DNA of 64,000 bases from Vulcanimicrobiota bacterium (GCA_963812135.1 CAWETU010000001.1:672001-736000), one strand, 5' to 3'. Positions 19,575 through 29,693 are shown, counted from the first letter of the stretch. The notes: generated from the sequence alone by a model not told the origin. Translations and numbers: made by a program.

Positions 19575-20196
19575 ACCGAAGAACTCCCAAGCGCTGAGCT
19601 TGCCGCGTCTATTCCTCTATCACCGCGCGCTCGAAGACGCACTGCGCGAGGGCACGTCAGTCGTCACGTCCGACGAAATGGCGGTGCGGGTCGGACGTGG
19701 CATCTCGTCCGCGCAGATCCGCAAAGACCTCTCCTATCTCGGCACGTTCGGCCGCCGCGGCCAAGGCTACGATGTCGTGATGCTTGTCAAGAAGCTCGCG
19801 CGCGTGCTCGGGCTCGACCGCGACTGGCGCATCGTCATCGTCGGCTTCGGCTATCTCGGCCACGCGCTGGCTACGTTCATGGAATATCGCGAAGAGAAGT
19901 TCCACATCGCGGCGATTTTCGACGTCGATAAAGAGCTCGTCGGCACGCGCTGGCACGGCGTGCGCATCAGCCACGTCAACGATCTCGAAAAAGTGCTGCC
20001 CGTGCTCGACTGCGGCATCGGCATCCTGACCGTGCCCGCGCCGGCGGCGCAAACGGTCGCGGAGCGGCTCGTCAAGTGCGGTCTCGGCGCGATCCTCAAT
20101 TTCGCGCCGGCCACGCTGCGTCTGCCGCAGCGCGTCGCGGTACGGTCGATCGATCTCGCATCGGAGCTGTCGATCCTCACGCACCATCTTTCCTGA
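19558..20196 (+). CDS. rex: Redox-sensing transcriptional repressor Rex
   Basis: RLFLYHRAL, SAQIRKDLSYLGTFGRRGQGY, VGFGYLGHAL, FDVD, ILNFAP; ATG at 19558. Confidence 0.93.
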   Translation: MPPRPKPKNSQALSLPRLFLYHRALEDALREGTSVVTSDEMAVRVGRGISSAQIRKDLSYLGTFGRRGQGYDVVMLVKKLARVLGLDRDWRIVIVGFGYLGHALATFMEYREEKFHIAAIFDVDKELVGTRWHGVRISHVNDLEKVLPVLDCGIGILTVPAPAAQTVAERLVKCGLGAILNFAPATLRLPQRVAVRSIDLASELSILTHHLS

Positions 20197-20209
20197 AAGA
20201 GATATAGGC

Positions 20210-20821
20210 ATGCTACTTGCCGGATTCAAGGTGGCTGCGTTCGCAATACTCTTGGCAACCTCGGTGCCTACCGCTAGTCCGTGGCCAACTGCCGCGCCCT
20301 TTGGGGAACCCCTTACCCTCAGACAGCAAAGATGGAAAGTTGGTCCGTTGGAACTCGAAGGCGGTCCGTTTCCAGTCGGCCATGGCGACACTGTCAACTC
20401 TGTGGTAGCAAAATTTGGTCCTGGCACCCGCGCGAAGCGCTGTTTCGGAGCGACAACGAACGACCATAAACAGGAGAACGCGTGCGGCCAATTGCTAAAG
20501 TATCGAGACCGGCACAACAATCTTCTAGTTTTGGAGTTTTGGGGAGGCAGACTTCTCGGTCTCGGCATCAAAAGGAATGGCGGCACCTCGGCTATCGTCC
20601 AATTCAATCGTATCGTTCAGGGCTTAGATCAATGGAAGTGGGATGGCGTAACAATTCTCGACCCCCATCCTCCTGAGCGACTAGAAGGCTGTGGTCTCGC
20701 CGATCCCAACCCAAAAGGCAATGGATGGGGATGCGCGGGCGAGCCCAATCCGCGCGGACTGTATGTTGGGTACAGTAACCCGGACGGAATCGTAACAGAG
20801 TGGTCGATAGGCCAAGAATGA
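20210..20821 (+). CDS. Hypothetical secreted protein, compositionally atypical (AT-richer)
   Basis: N-terminal signal-peptide-like stretch, four Cys, many A/T-ending codons; fills the rex-hemA gap. Confidence 0.6.
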   Translation: MLLAGFKVAAFAILLATSVPTASPWPTAAPFGEPLTLRQQRWKVGPLELEGGPFPVGHGDTVNSVVAKFGPGTRAKRCFGATTNDHKQENACGQLLKYRDRHNNLLVLEFWGGRLLGLGIKRNGGTSAIVQFNRIVQGLDQWKWDGVTILDPHPPERLEGCGLADPNPKGNGWGCAGEPNPRGLYVGYSNPDGIVTEWSIGQE

Positions 20822-20920
20822 CATTCGCGAGCGCGTCGAGCGTCTTCCGGCGAGACATTCACAACTAATTCACGCCGCGAGCGCAAGGGAAGGGTTCGCC
20901 ATTCCGTAAACCGGAAACCC

Positions 20921-22249
20921 GTGCCGATTGTTGTCATTGGCCTAAGCCACAAGACCGCACCCGACGACGTGCGCAATCGTCACGCATTTCCCGCCGAGCG
21001 CATCGGACAAGCGCTCGGCGCATTGCGTGACTACAGCGCCGTGCGCGAAGCGGCCATCGTCTCCACGTGCAACCGCCTCGAGATATATGCCGACGTCACC
21101 GATTTCGAGGCCGGCGTCGACCACATCAAAGATTTTCTCACCACCTACCGGAGCATGCGGGTCGACGATTTCGACAAATACCTGTATACGATGCTCGGCG
21201 CGCAGGCGGTGGAGCAATTGCTGCGCGTGGCGTGCGGACTCGACTCGATGCTTGTCGGCGAAGAACAGATCGTCGGGCAAGTCAAAGAAGCCCTCACGGC
21301 CGCGCAACGCGCCGGCGCTGCCGGACCGCATCTGCACAAACTGTTCCGCACCGCGCTCTCCGCCGGCAAGCGGGCGCGCAACGAGACAGGCATTGGACGC
21401 GACGTCGTGTCGCTCGGCGCCGCGGCCGTCGAGTTGGCGGCGCGCCATTGCACGATCGCGACGTCGCGCGCGGTGGTCGTGGGCGCGGGTAAGATGGGCA
21501 CCATCGTCGCGAAGCACTTGCGCGCCCGCGGCGTGGCTTCGCTGACCATCGTCAATCGCACCGCGGCTCGCGCCGAACGTTTGGCCCGGGCGCTGGCAGC
21601 CGACTCGGCGCCCGCAAACGATTTGCCGGCGCTTCTCGCGCACGCCGATCTCGTCATCAGCGCCACCGGCCGCGGCACGCCGATCATCGACGCGCCGATG
21701 GTGCGGGGCGCACTCGCCGCCGGCCGCGGCGCGCTGCTGATCGTCGACATCGCCGTGCCGCGCGACGTCGAACCAAATGTCGCTGCGCTGCCGGGCGTGA
21801 CGCTCTACGAGATCGGCGATTTGCGCAACGTCGTCGACGAGACGCTTGACGAGCGCCGCAGCGAGATACCAGCGGTCGAGGCGATCGTGAACGAGCTCGC
21901 GCAGGACTACATGCGCTGGTACCAGTCGCGCGCCGCCGCCCCGCTCATCGCCGCGTTGCGTGGCAAAGCGGAGACGATCCGCCGCGCCGAGATCGAGCGT
22001 TTGTTCTCGCGCTTGCCCGAGCTTGACGAGCGGCAACGCGAGCTGATCGCCGGCGCGAGCGTCTCGATTCTCAACCGGTTGCTGCATGCGCCGGTCACCA
22101 AACTGCGCGAACGCGCCGCGGACGGAACGGATGTCTCCGATTCGGAGTTCGCCGCGCGTCTCGCCGATCTCGCCAGTTTCAGCGAGCAGCTCGAGACCCA
22201 GCTCGCGGCCGCGCTGACGCCTCCCAGGCCGCGTTCCGCCGGCCGCTAG
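20921..22249 (+). CDS. hemA: Glutamyl-tRNA reductase
   Basis: GLSHKTAP, STCNRLE, GLDSMLVGEEQI, VGAGKMG, DIAVPRDVE, LLHAP. Confidence 0.97.
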   Translation: MPIVVIGLSHKTAPDDVRNRHAFPAERIGQALGALRDYSAVREAAIVSTCNRLEIYADVTDFEAGVDHIKDFLTTYRSMRVDDFDKYLYTMLGAQAVEQLLRVACGLDSMLVGEEQIVGQVKEALTAAQRAGAAGPHLHKLFRTALSAGKRARNETGIGRDVVSLGAAAVELAARHCTIATSRAVVVGAGKMGTIVAKHLRARGVASLTIVNRTAARAERLARALAADSAPANDLPALLAHADLVISATGRGTPIIDAPMVRGALAAGRGALLIVDIAVPRDVEPNVAALPGVTLYEIGDLRNVVDETLDERRSEIPAVEAIVNELAQDYMRWYQSRAAAPLIAALRGKAETIRRAEIERLFSRLPELDERQRELIAGASVSILNRLLHAPVTKLRERAADGTDVSDSEFAARLADLASFSEQLETQLAAALTPPRPRSAGR

Positions 22250-22259
22250 GCCGCGCGCG

Positions 22260-23003
22260 ATGAACGGCCCACTCTCGGGCACGCGCGTGCTGCTCACACG
22301 CCCTGCGCGTTCCGAAGACGCGCTCGAGAAGCTTTTGCGCGCCGCCGGCGCGAGCGTGTCGTCCATGCCGCTGATCGAGCTGGCACCCGCGCCGGACGCC
22401 GGCGCGTTGCGCGCCGCCGCAGAAACGGCGGACAGCGCGGATTGGATCGTCTTCACCAGCGCGGCAGGCGTGGAGGCGTTCGCACGCAACCGGCGCTCGC
22501 GTCTGGGCGAACGCACGCGCATCGCGGCCATCGGGCCGGCAACGGCGCGCGCGATTGCGCGGTTGCTCGAACGCGACGCTGATCTTGTGCCCGCGCAGTT
22601 CGTGGCCGAAGAGCTCGCCGACGCGATCGCGGCGCGCGCCACGCGAGCGCGCATCACGATTTTCGCGGCACAGGACGCGCGGCCGGTCCTCGCGCAGCGC
22701 CTGCGCGCCGCTGGTCATTCGGTCGAGGCGATTGCTGCGTACGCGACCCACGCTGTCACGCCCACGGACTTCACCCAGCAGATCGCCGCTGCGGACGTCA
22801 TCGTCCTCACCTCGGGCAGCGCGGCGCGGTCGCTCCACGACGGCTTGCGACGCGGCCCGGGGCTCGGCGCGTTGCGCGGCAAGCGGGTGGTATGCATCGG
22901 AGCGGTGACGGCGGCGGAAGCGCGCCGCTTGGAGATCGAGGTCGCAGCGGTCGCGCGCGAGGCGACACCGCTCGGATTGCTCGAGGTTCTGGCCGGCTCG
23001 TAA
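22260..23003 (+). CDS. hemD: Uroporphyrinogen-III synthase
   Basis: VLLTRP, WIVFTSAAGV, AIGPAT, AYAT, LTSGS, CIG; follows hemA. Confidence 0.9.
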   Translation: MNGPLSGTRVLLTRPARSEDALEKLLRAAGASVSSMPLIELAPAPDAGALRAAAETADSADWIVFTSAAGVEAFARNRRSRLGERTRIAAIGPATARAIARLLERDADLVPAQFVAEELADAIAARATRARITIFAAQDARPVLAQRLRAAGHSVEAIAAYATHAVTPTDFTQQIAAADVIVLTSGSAARSLHDGLRRGPGLGALRGKRVVCIGAVTAAEARRLEIEVAAVAREATPLGLLEVLAGS

Positions 23004-23134
23004 GATCCGACAAGCACCGAACCGAACATACGTGCGCATCGATCTGCACGCCGGCGGCAGTCGAACGCCCGTCGATAGCCAATACGTTCGACCTCATCTC
23101 GGTCTCTCGTTCGTCCGTTCGAGGAGCCTCCATC

Positions 23135-23992
23135 ATGGCTGTTGACGTCCGACCCATCACCGCTGCACCCAACGCGATGGATGAGCTCATCCGCGCGGTC
23201 GGCGAGCGCCGCGAGCGCCCGACGCCGTGGGTCGACGTCGCGACGTATCCGTGGGCCGAAGAAGATTTCTCGTCGCGCTACGTGCGCCGAGCGAATTACC
23301 AATCGCTATACGGCATGCAAGAGACCGGCGACGAAGTCGAAGAGCTGATCGGGTTGCTCAAGCCCGCGACCAAAGCGCGCCTGCTCGATCTGTGCGCCGG
23401 CAACGGGCGGCACGCGATCGCGATGGCGCTGCGCGGCTACAAGATGACCGGCATCGACCTCGGCTCGGGCGCGGTGACGCTCGCGCGCGACACCGCGCGT
23501 AATCTCGGGCTCGGCATCGACTTCCGCCAACTCGACGTGCTGCATGTCTCGTTCGAAGAGACGTTCGACGGCGCGTATCTCACCTGCGCCGGCATCTCCG
23601 ATTTCAGCCCATCCGATGCGCGCACCATCTTGCAGCTGGTCGAGCGCGCGCTGGTGCCGGGCGGCACGTTCGTCGGTGAGTATTGCGACGCGAGCGCCGA
23701 ACGGCGCGCCGAGTCACGCGCCTGGCAGTTCGTCCAGGCCGAATCGTCGCTGTTCTTGGACGTTCCCCATCTGCAGCTCGACGAGCGCTTCTATGATCCC
23801 GCGACGTCGGCAGAAGTCGAGCGGGCGTACATCGCGCCGACCGATGGTCGCACGCGCGAGTTCACCCGCTGCCGCCAGTACTACACGGAAGCCGGGATCC
23901 GCGATCTGCTCGAATCGGCGCGCTTCGAAGTCACGGCGATCGCGCCGGGCAGCGCTCCCGGGTTGCGCAAGGTGGTCGCGAAAAAGCCTTAG
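23135..23992 (+). CDS. Class I SAM-dependent methyltransferase
   Basis: LLDLCAGNGRHA, GIDL, FDGA, LVPGG; GAGGAG RBS before ATG 23135. Confidence 0.85.
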   Translation: MAVDVRPITAAPNAMDELIRAVGERRERPTPWVDVATYPWAEEDFSSRYVRRANYQSLYGMQETGDEVEELIGLLKPATKARLLDLCAGNGRHAIAMALRGYKMTGIDLGSGAVTLARDTARNLGLGIDFRQLDVLHVSFEETFDGAYLTCAGISDFSPSDARTILQLVERALVPGGTFVGEYCDASAERRAESRAWQFVQAESSLFLDVPHLQLDERFYDPATSAEVERAYIAPTDGRTREFTRCRQYYTEAGIRDLLESARFEVTAIAPGSAPGLRKVVAKKP

Positions 23993-25176
23993 CGCGTCAC
24001 GAGCGGGTTGGGATACGACGAGCCGATGTACTTGAATTGGCCCGCCGGTTTCGCATACCCGTACTGATAGAAGTAGACGATCGGGTTCGCGACGTCGCCT
24101 CCGCGTATGAAGCTATAGTTCCCTAAGATCGTCGGAAACGTGCCGACTTGCAGCTGCCGGATGAGCGTCTGCTTGTCCGTGCTGCGGCTTTGCTCTGCAG
24201 CCGCGATCGCGATCTGCCCAGCGACGTAGCCCATCAGCGCGAACGACGTCACCTGTCCGTAGCGCGTGTGGTAGTCGCGCATGAAGATGTTGGCCGTCGG
24301 CATCAGCTCGGCCGGCGGCACGCACGAGCTGACGAACATCGAGTCGGCCGAGGCGCCGGCCGTTTTGATGGCGCTGAGATCGTAGAACGCTTGTGTCCCC
24401 ATGGCTTGTACAGTGACGCCGGCCGCGCGCAGCGCGCTCAGCACGTTGCCCATCGCCGCGCCGTCGCCCGAAAGATAGACGAGGTCAGGCGCGTAGGCGA
24501 CTACTGCGGCGACCACCGCCTTGACGTTCTTCAGCTCAGGATCGACCGCGAAGTCCTTGGCGGCGAGCGCTTTGCCGGAGGACGCATAGTCGACGAACCC
24601 GCCACCCGCGTCCGCGCCGTAGGTCGTCTGCTCATACACCACCGCGGCTTTCTTGGCGTGCAGCGTCCGTTCTGCGTAGCGCGCCGATTGTTGCCCTTCG
24701 ACGACGTCGGTCGGACACAAGCGGAAGACGTTGTCGTAGCCGGCGCGCGTCAGCTGCGCGATCGGCGACGTCGGGATGATGAGCGGCGCGCCCTTTTCGT
24801 GATAGATCGGCTCCGACAAAAACGTCTCTTCGGCGCCGACGTGGCCGATCACCACGGACGTGAGTGGATCCACCAGCGCGAAGTCCGCCTGCTGCTGAGC
24901 GACGCCCGGGTCCGCCTGATCGTCGAACGAATGATAGACGAAGACGAAGTCGGCGAGATTGCGCCGCTCGTTCGCTTGATCGATCGCCAGGTTCAGGCCG
25001 TTGGCGAGCTGGATGCCGAGCAGTCTTTGATCGCCCGAGAACGGAGCGACGAGCGCCACGCCCATCGTTTTGGCGTACGGAGGAAAGTCGGCGAGCGCGG
25101 GTGCGCCTGCGAGCGCGATGCTCAAGAGCGAGGCGGCGCAAACGGCGAGCGGTCGAAGCGGAGCGCGTATCATCAA
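23989..25176 (-). CDS. Branched-chain amino acid ABC transporter substrate-binding protein (LivJ/K-like), orphan
   Basis: Signal peptide, APFSG, DDQADP, VIGH, NVFRLCPTD, YGA. Confidence 0.85.
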   Translation of the reverse strand: MMIRAPLRPLAVCAASLLSIALAGAPALADFPPYAKTMGVALVAPFSGDQRLLGIQLANGLNLAIDQANERRNLADFVFVYHSFDDQADPGVAQQQADFALVDPLTSVVIGHVGAEETFLSEPIYHEKGAPLIIPTSPIAQLTRAGYDNVFRLCPTDVVEGQQSARYAERTLHAKKAAVVYEQTTYGADAGGGFVDYASSGKALAAKDFAVDPELKNVKAVVAAVVAYAPDLVYLSGDGAAMGNVLSALRAAGVTVQAMGTQAFYDLSAIKTAGASADSMFVSSCVPPAELMPTANIFMRDYHTRYGQVTSFALMGYVAGQIAIAAAEQSRSTDKQTLIRQLQVGTFPTILGNYSFIRGGDVANPIVYFYQYGYAKPAGQFKYIGSSYPNPLVTR

Positions 25177-25187
25177 ATTCTTTCTGT

Positions 25188-26066
25188 TCAGGACGGACCG
25201 GGCGTCGATTGCGCGAGAAACAGCGAGGCGGCAGTCGTCGCCAAGAAGATGACCGAGAAGGTCATGTTGGCAGTGAAAACCGCCGCATTGAGGGCGAACA
25301 CGTCACCCCCGCGCCGGCGGATGAGCACCACTTCGTAGCCGACCAGCACGATTCCGGCGGCTAGCCCCATCCAGTACAGCGGATGCGCGTGGACGACCAG
25401 CCCGAGCCAAGCAAGCAGCACGAGCATGATGCCGTGGAGCACGATCGGCAGCGAGCGCCCCGTTTGCGTGCCGAAACGCGCCGGGATCGACCGGATGCCG
25501 TCGCGGATGTCGACCTCGTAGTCCATGAGCGCATACAGGATGTCGAAACCCGCGACCCACAGCGTGACCGCGACGAACAGGATCAACGACGGCCATTCGA
25601 AGCGGCCCGTGACCGCAAGCCATCCGCCCAGCGGCGCGAGCGCGTCCACCGCGCCCAACAAGAAATGGACGCCCCATGAAAAGCGCTTCACGAGCGGGTA
25701 GACGATCAGCGCGACCGCGCCGAGCGGAACGAGCGCGAGACACAGCGGGTTGAGTTGCCAGGCCGAAAGGGTCAGCAACGCGATGCCGGCGACGATCGCC
25801 CACAGCATGACGCTCGGGCGCAGCTCGCCGGTCGCGAGCGGGCGCGCGGCGGTGCGCGGATTGCGCGCGTCGATTCGAGCGTCGAGCAAGCGGTTCGCGG
25901 CCATCGCCGCCGTGCGCGCGCCAAGCACCGCGAGCGTGATCCACGCGAGTGTGCGCAGCGGCGGCACGCCGCCTTGCGCGAGCAGCGCGCCGGCATATGC
26001 GAACGGCAGCGCGAAGAGCGTGTGCTCCGGTTTGATGTCGCGCACGAAGGCGCGCAATGCGTTCAT
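25188..26066 (-). CDS. UbiA-family prenyltransferase (MqnP-like)
   Basis: IKPEHTLFALPFA, ARTAAMAANRLLDARIDARNPRT, YPLVKRF, WVAGFDILYA. Confidence 0.9.
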   Translation of the reverse strand: MNALRAFVRDIKPEHTLFALPFAYAGALLAQGGVPPLRTLAWITLAVLGARTAAMAANRLLDARIDARNPRTAARPLATGELRPSVMLWAIVAGIALLTLSAWQLNPLCLALVPLGAVALIVYPLVKRFSWGVHFLLGAVDALAPLGGWLAVTGRFEWPSLILFVAVTLWVAGFDILYALMDYEVDIRDGIRSIPARFGTQTGRSLPIVLHGIMLVLLAWLGLVVHAHPLYWMGLAAGIVLVGYEVVLIRRRGGDVFALNAAVFTANMTFSVIFLATTAASLFLAQSTPGPS

Positions 26067-27532
26067 GGCTGGCCGTTCGGATCCGGCAGGCCGAATTCGG
26101 CCCAGCGTTTGGTGACCGCGGCCTTGACGTCATCCGACATCACGATGTCAGGCGGCCACTCGCGCATGTAGCCTTCCTCGGGTCCTTTGCGCGTGGCGTC
26201 GATGCCCAGCTTCGTGCCGAGCGACGGCAACGGCGCGGCGTGATCGAGCACGTCCACCGGACCCGGTGCGAAGACGAGGTCGCGGCCGGCATCGACGTTG
26301 TTCAACGTGACCCACGCGACGTCGCGCATGTTCTGCACGTCGACGTCCGCGTCGACCACGATGATGTTGCGCGTCAGCATCATCATATGGCCAAGACCCC
26401 AAAGCGCGTACATGACTTTCTTCGCCTGACCTGGATAGCGTTTGCGGATCGAGACGATGACCAGATTCTGAAAGCCGCCTTCGACCGGCAGATTGTAGTC
26501 GACGACCTCGGGCAGCATCTGCTTGAGGATCGGCAAGAAAAGCCGCTCGGTCGCCTTGCCGAGCCAGCCGTCCTCCATCGGCGGCTTGCCGACGATCGTC
26601 GTCCAATAGATCGGATCGCGCCGGCGCGTCATGGCGGTGACGTGGAAGACCGGGTAATCGTCCGCCAGCGAATACACGCCGGTATGATCGCCGAACGGTC
26701 CTTCGCGCCGCAGTTCGCGGTTGTCCACGTAGCCTTCGAGCACGAAATCCGCGTCGGCAGGCACGTTGAGGTCGACCGTCAGGCAACGCACCATGGGCAC
26801 TGCGCGGCCGCGCAAGAAACCGGCGAGCAGCATCTCGTCAAAGTCCGACGGCAAGGGGGCGGTGGCCGCGTAGGTGAGCGTCGGATCACCGCCGATGGCG
26901 ACGGCCACAGGCATGCGTCCGTCCGCGGCGCCGGCTTCTTGATGTTCGCGCCCGTGTTTGTGGCGCTGCCAGTGCATGCCGGTCGTACGCTCGTCGAAGA
27001 TCTGCATGCGATACATGCCAACATTTTGCGCGCCGGTCGCCGGGTTCTTCGTGAACACGAGCGGGAACGTTATATACGGGCCGCCATCCATCGGCCAACA
27101 TGTGAGCACCGGCAGCTCGCGTAGATCGACCTCGTCGCCTTTGCGCACCACGTCCTGAACGGGGCCGGAACGCACGACCTTCGGTCCGATGCCGAGCAGC
27201 TCACGCGCCTCGAGCAGCTTGGCGAACAGATTCGATCCGCCGCTAGGCCGGGCCAGCGAGATGAGCTTGTCCACCTTCGCGCCGAGATCGTCGAGCGACG
27301 TCACGCCGAGCGCCATGGCCATGCGGCGCGGCGAGGCCAGGGCGTTGATGAGCAGCGGGAACGGCGAGCCCTTGACGTCGGTGAACAGCAGCGCAGGGCC
27401 GCCGCCGGCGCTTTTCACACAGCGATCGGCGATCTCGGTGATTTCGAGATGCGGATCGACGGGGACCGCGATCTCGCGCAGCTCGCCGGACTCCCGCAGC
27501 GCGTCGACAAAGGATCGAAGATTATCGAACAC
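26063..27532 (-). CDS. UbiD-family decarboxylase (menaquinone biosynthesis, MqnL-like)
   Basis: GTG start VFDNLRSFVDAL, WPMDGG, NVGMYR, MHWQRHKHG, EGPFGDHTG, VGKPPMED, DVLDHA. Confidence 0.92.
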   Translation of the reverse strand: MFDNLRSFVDALRESGELREIAVPVDPHLEITEIADRCVKSAGGGPALLFTDVKGSPFPLLINALASPRRMAMALGVTSLDDLGAKVDKLISLARPSGGSNLFAKLLEARELLGIGPKVVRSGPVQDVVRKGDEVDLRELPVLTCWPMDGGPYITFPLVFTKNPATGAQNVGMYRMQIFDERTTGMHWQRHKHGREHQEAGAADGRMPVAVAIGGDPTLTYAATAPLPSDFDEMLLAGFLRGRAVPMVRCLTVDLNVPADADFVLEGYVDNRELRREGPFGDHTGVYSLADDYPVFHVTAMTRRRDPIYWTTIVGKPPMEDGWLGKATERLFLPILKQMLPEVVDYNLPVEGGFQNLVIVSIRKRYPGQAKKVMYALWGLGHMMMLTRNIIVVDADVDVQNMRDVAWVTLNNVDAGRDLVFAPGPVDVLDHAAPLPSLGTKLGIDATRKGPEEGYMREWPPDIVMSDDVKAAVTKRWAEFGLPDPNGQP

Positions 27533-27848
27533 CGTCGCGCTGTTTCTTATCGGGCGCTTTGAAAGCCCGCCACCGACCTCGTGACTGCACGCGGGCGCGG
27601 CGCGTTTGCGCACAACGCGAAACTTCGGCTGTGCCTGGAAGTAGATTCTGACGAACCCCAACGCGTCCAGTTTTACGACTAAGCCGTTGCAAGGATGAAG
27701 TGCAAGTTGTGGGCCGTTTTGCGGGACAGAAAGTATCTTTACGGTACCTGCTTGCAACTTACTGTAAACAGGGTTATTATTAGCTGGTAAACAGTACGGC
27801 AGCCAACTAACTACCCGGACGGCTGTTCTCCAAATAGGGCTTATAGAC

Positions 27849-28193
27849 ATGATGCGAATCAAAGTAACCGACCTCGGTACTCCGACCGATGCGAGCGTCG
27901 CATTGGTGGGCGATCTTGACGATGCGGGCGGGAAGCTCGCGCGCCGCCAGCTCGCTCGCCAGGTCGAGGCCGGCAGAGTCAACCTCACGATCGACCTCGA
28001 CAACGTCGGGACCCTGAATTCGAGCGGCCTCGCGGCGCTCATCGCCACGTTGCGCCTGGCGCGCAACCGCGGCGGCGACGTGCGCGTGCAGGCTTCGCAG
28101 CCGCACATCCGCCGGGTCATGGAGCTCACAGGACTGTCTCGCGTGTTCCGCATGCCGAGCGCCGTCTCGCTGACGAGCGCCCCGGCAGCCTGA
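27849..28193 (+). CDS. STAS-domain anti-sigma factor antagonist
   Basis: GDLD, IDLDNVGTLNSSGLAALI, VMELTGL. Confidence 0.88.
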   Translation: MMRIKVTDLGTPTDASVALVGDLDDAGGKLARRQLARQVEAGRVNLTIDLDNVGTLNSSGLAALIATLRLARNRGGDVRVQASQPHIRRVMELTGLSRVFRMPSAVSLTSAPAA

Positions 28194-28309
28194 TCCCACG
28201 CGCAGTCGACCGGACGAGAGCGGCCCAAAACGGCCGCTTTCTTCGTTTCGCGGGAACTGGCACCGGGCGTTTAGGGAATGAAGACGTTAAGGATGAACGA
28301 CGTATCGAT

Positions 28310-29671
28310 ATGAACGCCACATTCAAGACGGCGACGCTCGCCATGGCCGTCGCCTCCGCCCTCGCGATCGGACTGGCGAGCGCACTGCCGGCGAACGCAC
28401 AACCCACGCCGGCACCGGCCGTCTCGCCGCTGTCGCTTTCGCTGCAAGACGCGCTGACGCTGGCGCTCACGAACAATCTCGCCTATCAAGCCGCGGCCCA
28501 AGACGTGAAGGCAGCTCAGGCGCGGCTCATCCAAGCGCGCGGCAATCTGTTCCCGTCGGTCTCGGCCGGCTACTCGTACGTGCACACGCAGAACGCAGCA
28601 TTTTTCTTCATCCCCGTGCCGCAGCCGACCGGGCCGCCGGTCTTGCAGAAGAGCCTGTTCTCCGCCACCAACATGAACAACGTCAACGCGACGCTGCAGT
28701 ACGCGCTGTACAGCGGCGGCGCGGTGCAAGCGGTCGTTGGCCAGGCGGCCGCGGGCTACTCAGCGGCGCAAAGCAACTATGCCGCTGCCCGCACGACCGT
28801 GATCACCGACGTGACCAATGCGTATTTCGACCTCAGCCTCTCGCAGCGCACCGCGGTCATCAGCGATGAAGCGGTGGATGTCGGCAATCAGAACTTGCGG
28901 ACGTCGCAGGAACTGTTCAACGCCGGGACCGCCGCGAAAGCCGATGTGCTGCGCCAGCAGGTGTCGCTCGCAAATGCGCAAGTCGCTGCTGTGCGCGCAC
29001 ACAACTCGGCCAACCTGGCCAACGCGACGCTGGCGAATCTGCTCAACATCAACTTGGCCAGCAACATCAATCCGACACAGCCGCTCGAGATCCAGCCGCC
29101 GGTGTACGGGTTGACAGATCTGTTGCAGGGCGCGCAGTCGCGCCGCCCGGAGATCGCATCGGCGATCGACGCGGTGACGATCGCCGAGCGCACGGTCGCT
29201 GAGGCGCGAGCCGGCACGCTGCCCGCGATCAACCTGCAGATCTCTGAGGCCTCGAGCAAGCCGAACTTTGTGAACGTGCCGCAGCCGCAGCTCTCCGAGA
29301 CGCTCGCGGTCGTCTGGAAGCTGTTCGACGGCGGGCTCACGCACGGCAAAGTCGTCGAAGCGACCGCCGATGTGGACAAAGCCAAGATCAACCTTCAGCA
29401 GCTGCGCAACAGCGTCGACTTGCAGGTGCGCCAAGCCTACTTCGATTACGCCGCGGCTCAGGCGGCGGTCGGCGCGGCGAACACAGCCCAGGTTTCGGCG
29501 GCGGAAAGCCTGCGCGTGACGCAGCTGCGGTATCGATCGGGCGTCGGCACTGCGCTCGACCTGTCGGATGCGCTGCTCATCTTCACGCAGACCCAAGTGC
29601 AATACGCGACGGCGCTCGCCGACGAAAGCCGCGCCCTCGTCGAGTTGCAGCGCGCCGCTGGTCTCCTCTAA
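28310..29671 (+). CDS. TolC family outer membrane efflux protein
   Basis: Signal peptide, LSLQDALTLALTNN, duplicated OEP repeats (YSGG...AYF; LFDGG...VRQAYF, RYRSG). Confidence 0.9.
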   Translation: MNATFKTATLAMAVASALAIGLASALPANAQPTPAPAVSPLSLSLQDALTLALTNNLAYQAAAQDVKAAQARLIQARGNLFPSVSAGYSYVHTQNAAFFFIPVPQPTGPPVLQKSLFSATNMNNVNATLQYALYSGGAVQAVVGQAAAGYSAAQSNYAAARTTVITDVTNAYFDLSLSQRTAVISDEAVDVGNQNLRTSQELFNAGTAAKADVLRQQVSLANAQVAAVRAHNSANLANATLANLLNINLASNINPTQPLEIQPPVYGLTDLLQGAQSRRPEIASAIDAVTIAERTVAEARAGTLPAINLQISEASSKPNFVNVPQPQLSETLAVVWKLFDGGLTHGKVVEATADVDKAKINLQQLRNSVDLQVRQAYFDYAAAQAAVGAANTAQVSAAESLRVTQLRYRSGVGTALDLSDALLIFTQTQVQYATALADESRALVELQRAAGLL

Positions 29672-29693
29672 GAACCGGTCTTGCCTAAAGAGA

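Noticed and set aside
20850..20880. Rex operator upstream of hemA
   Set aside because: Only direct TTCAC half-sites are present, not the TTGTGAA-N4-TTCACAA palindrome.
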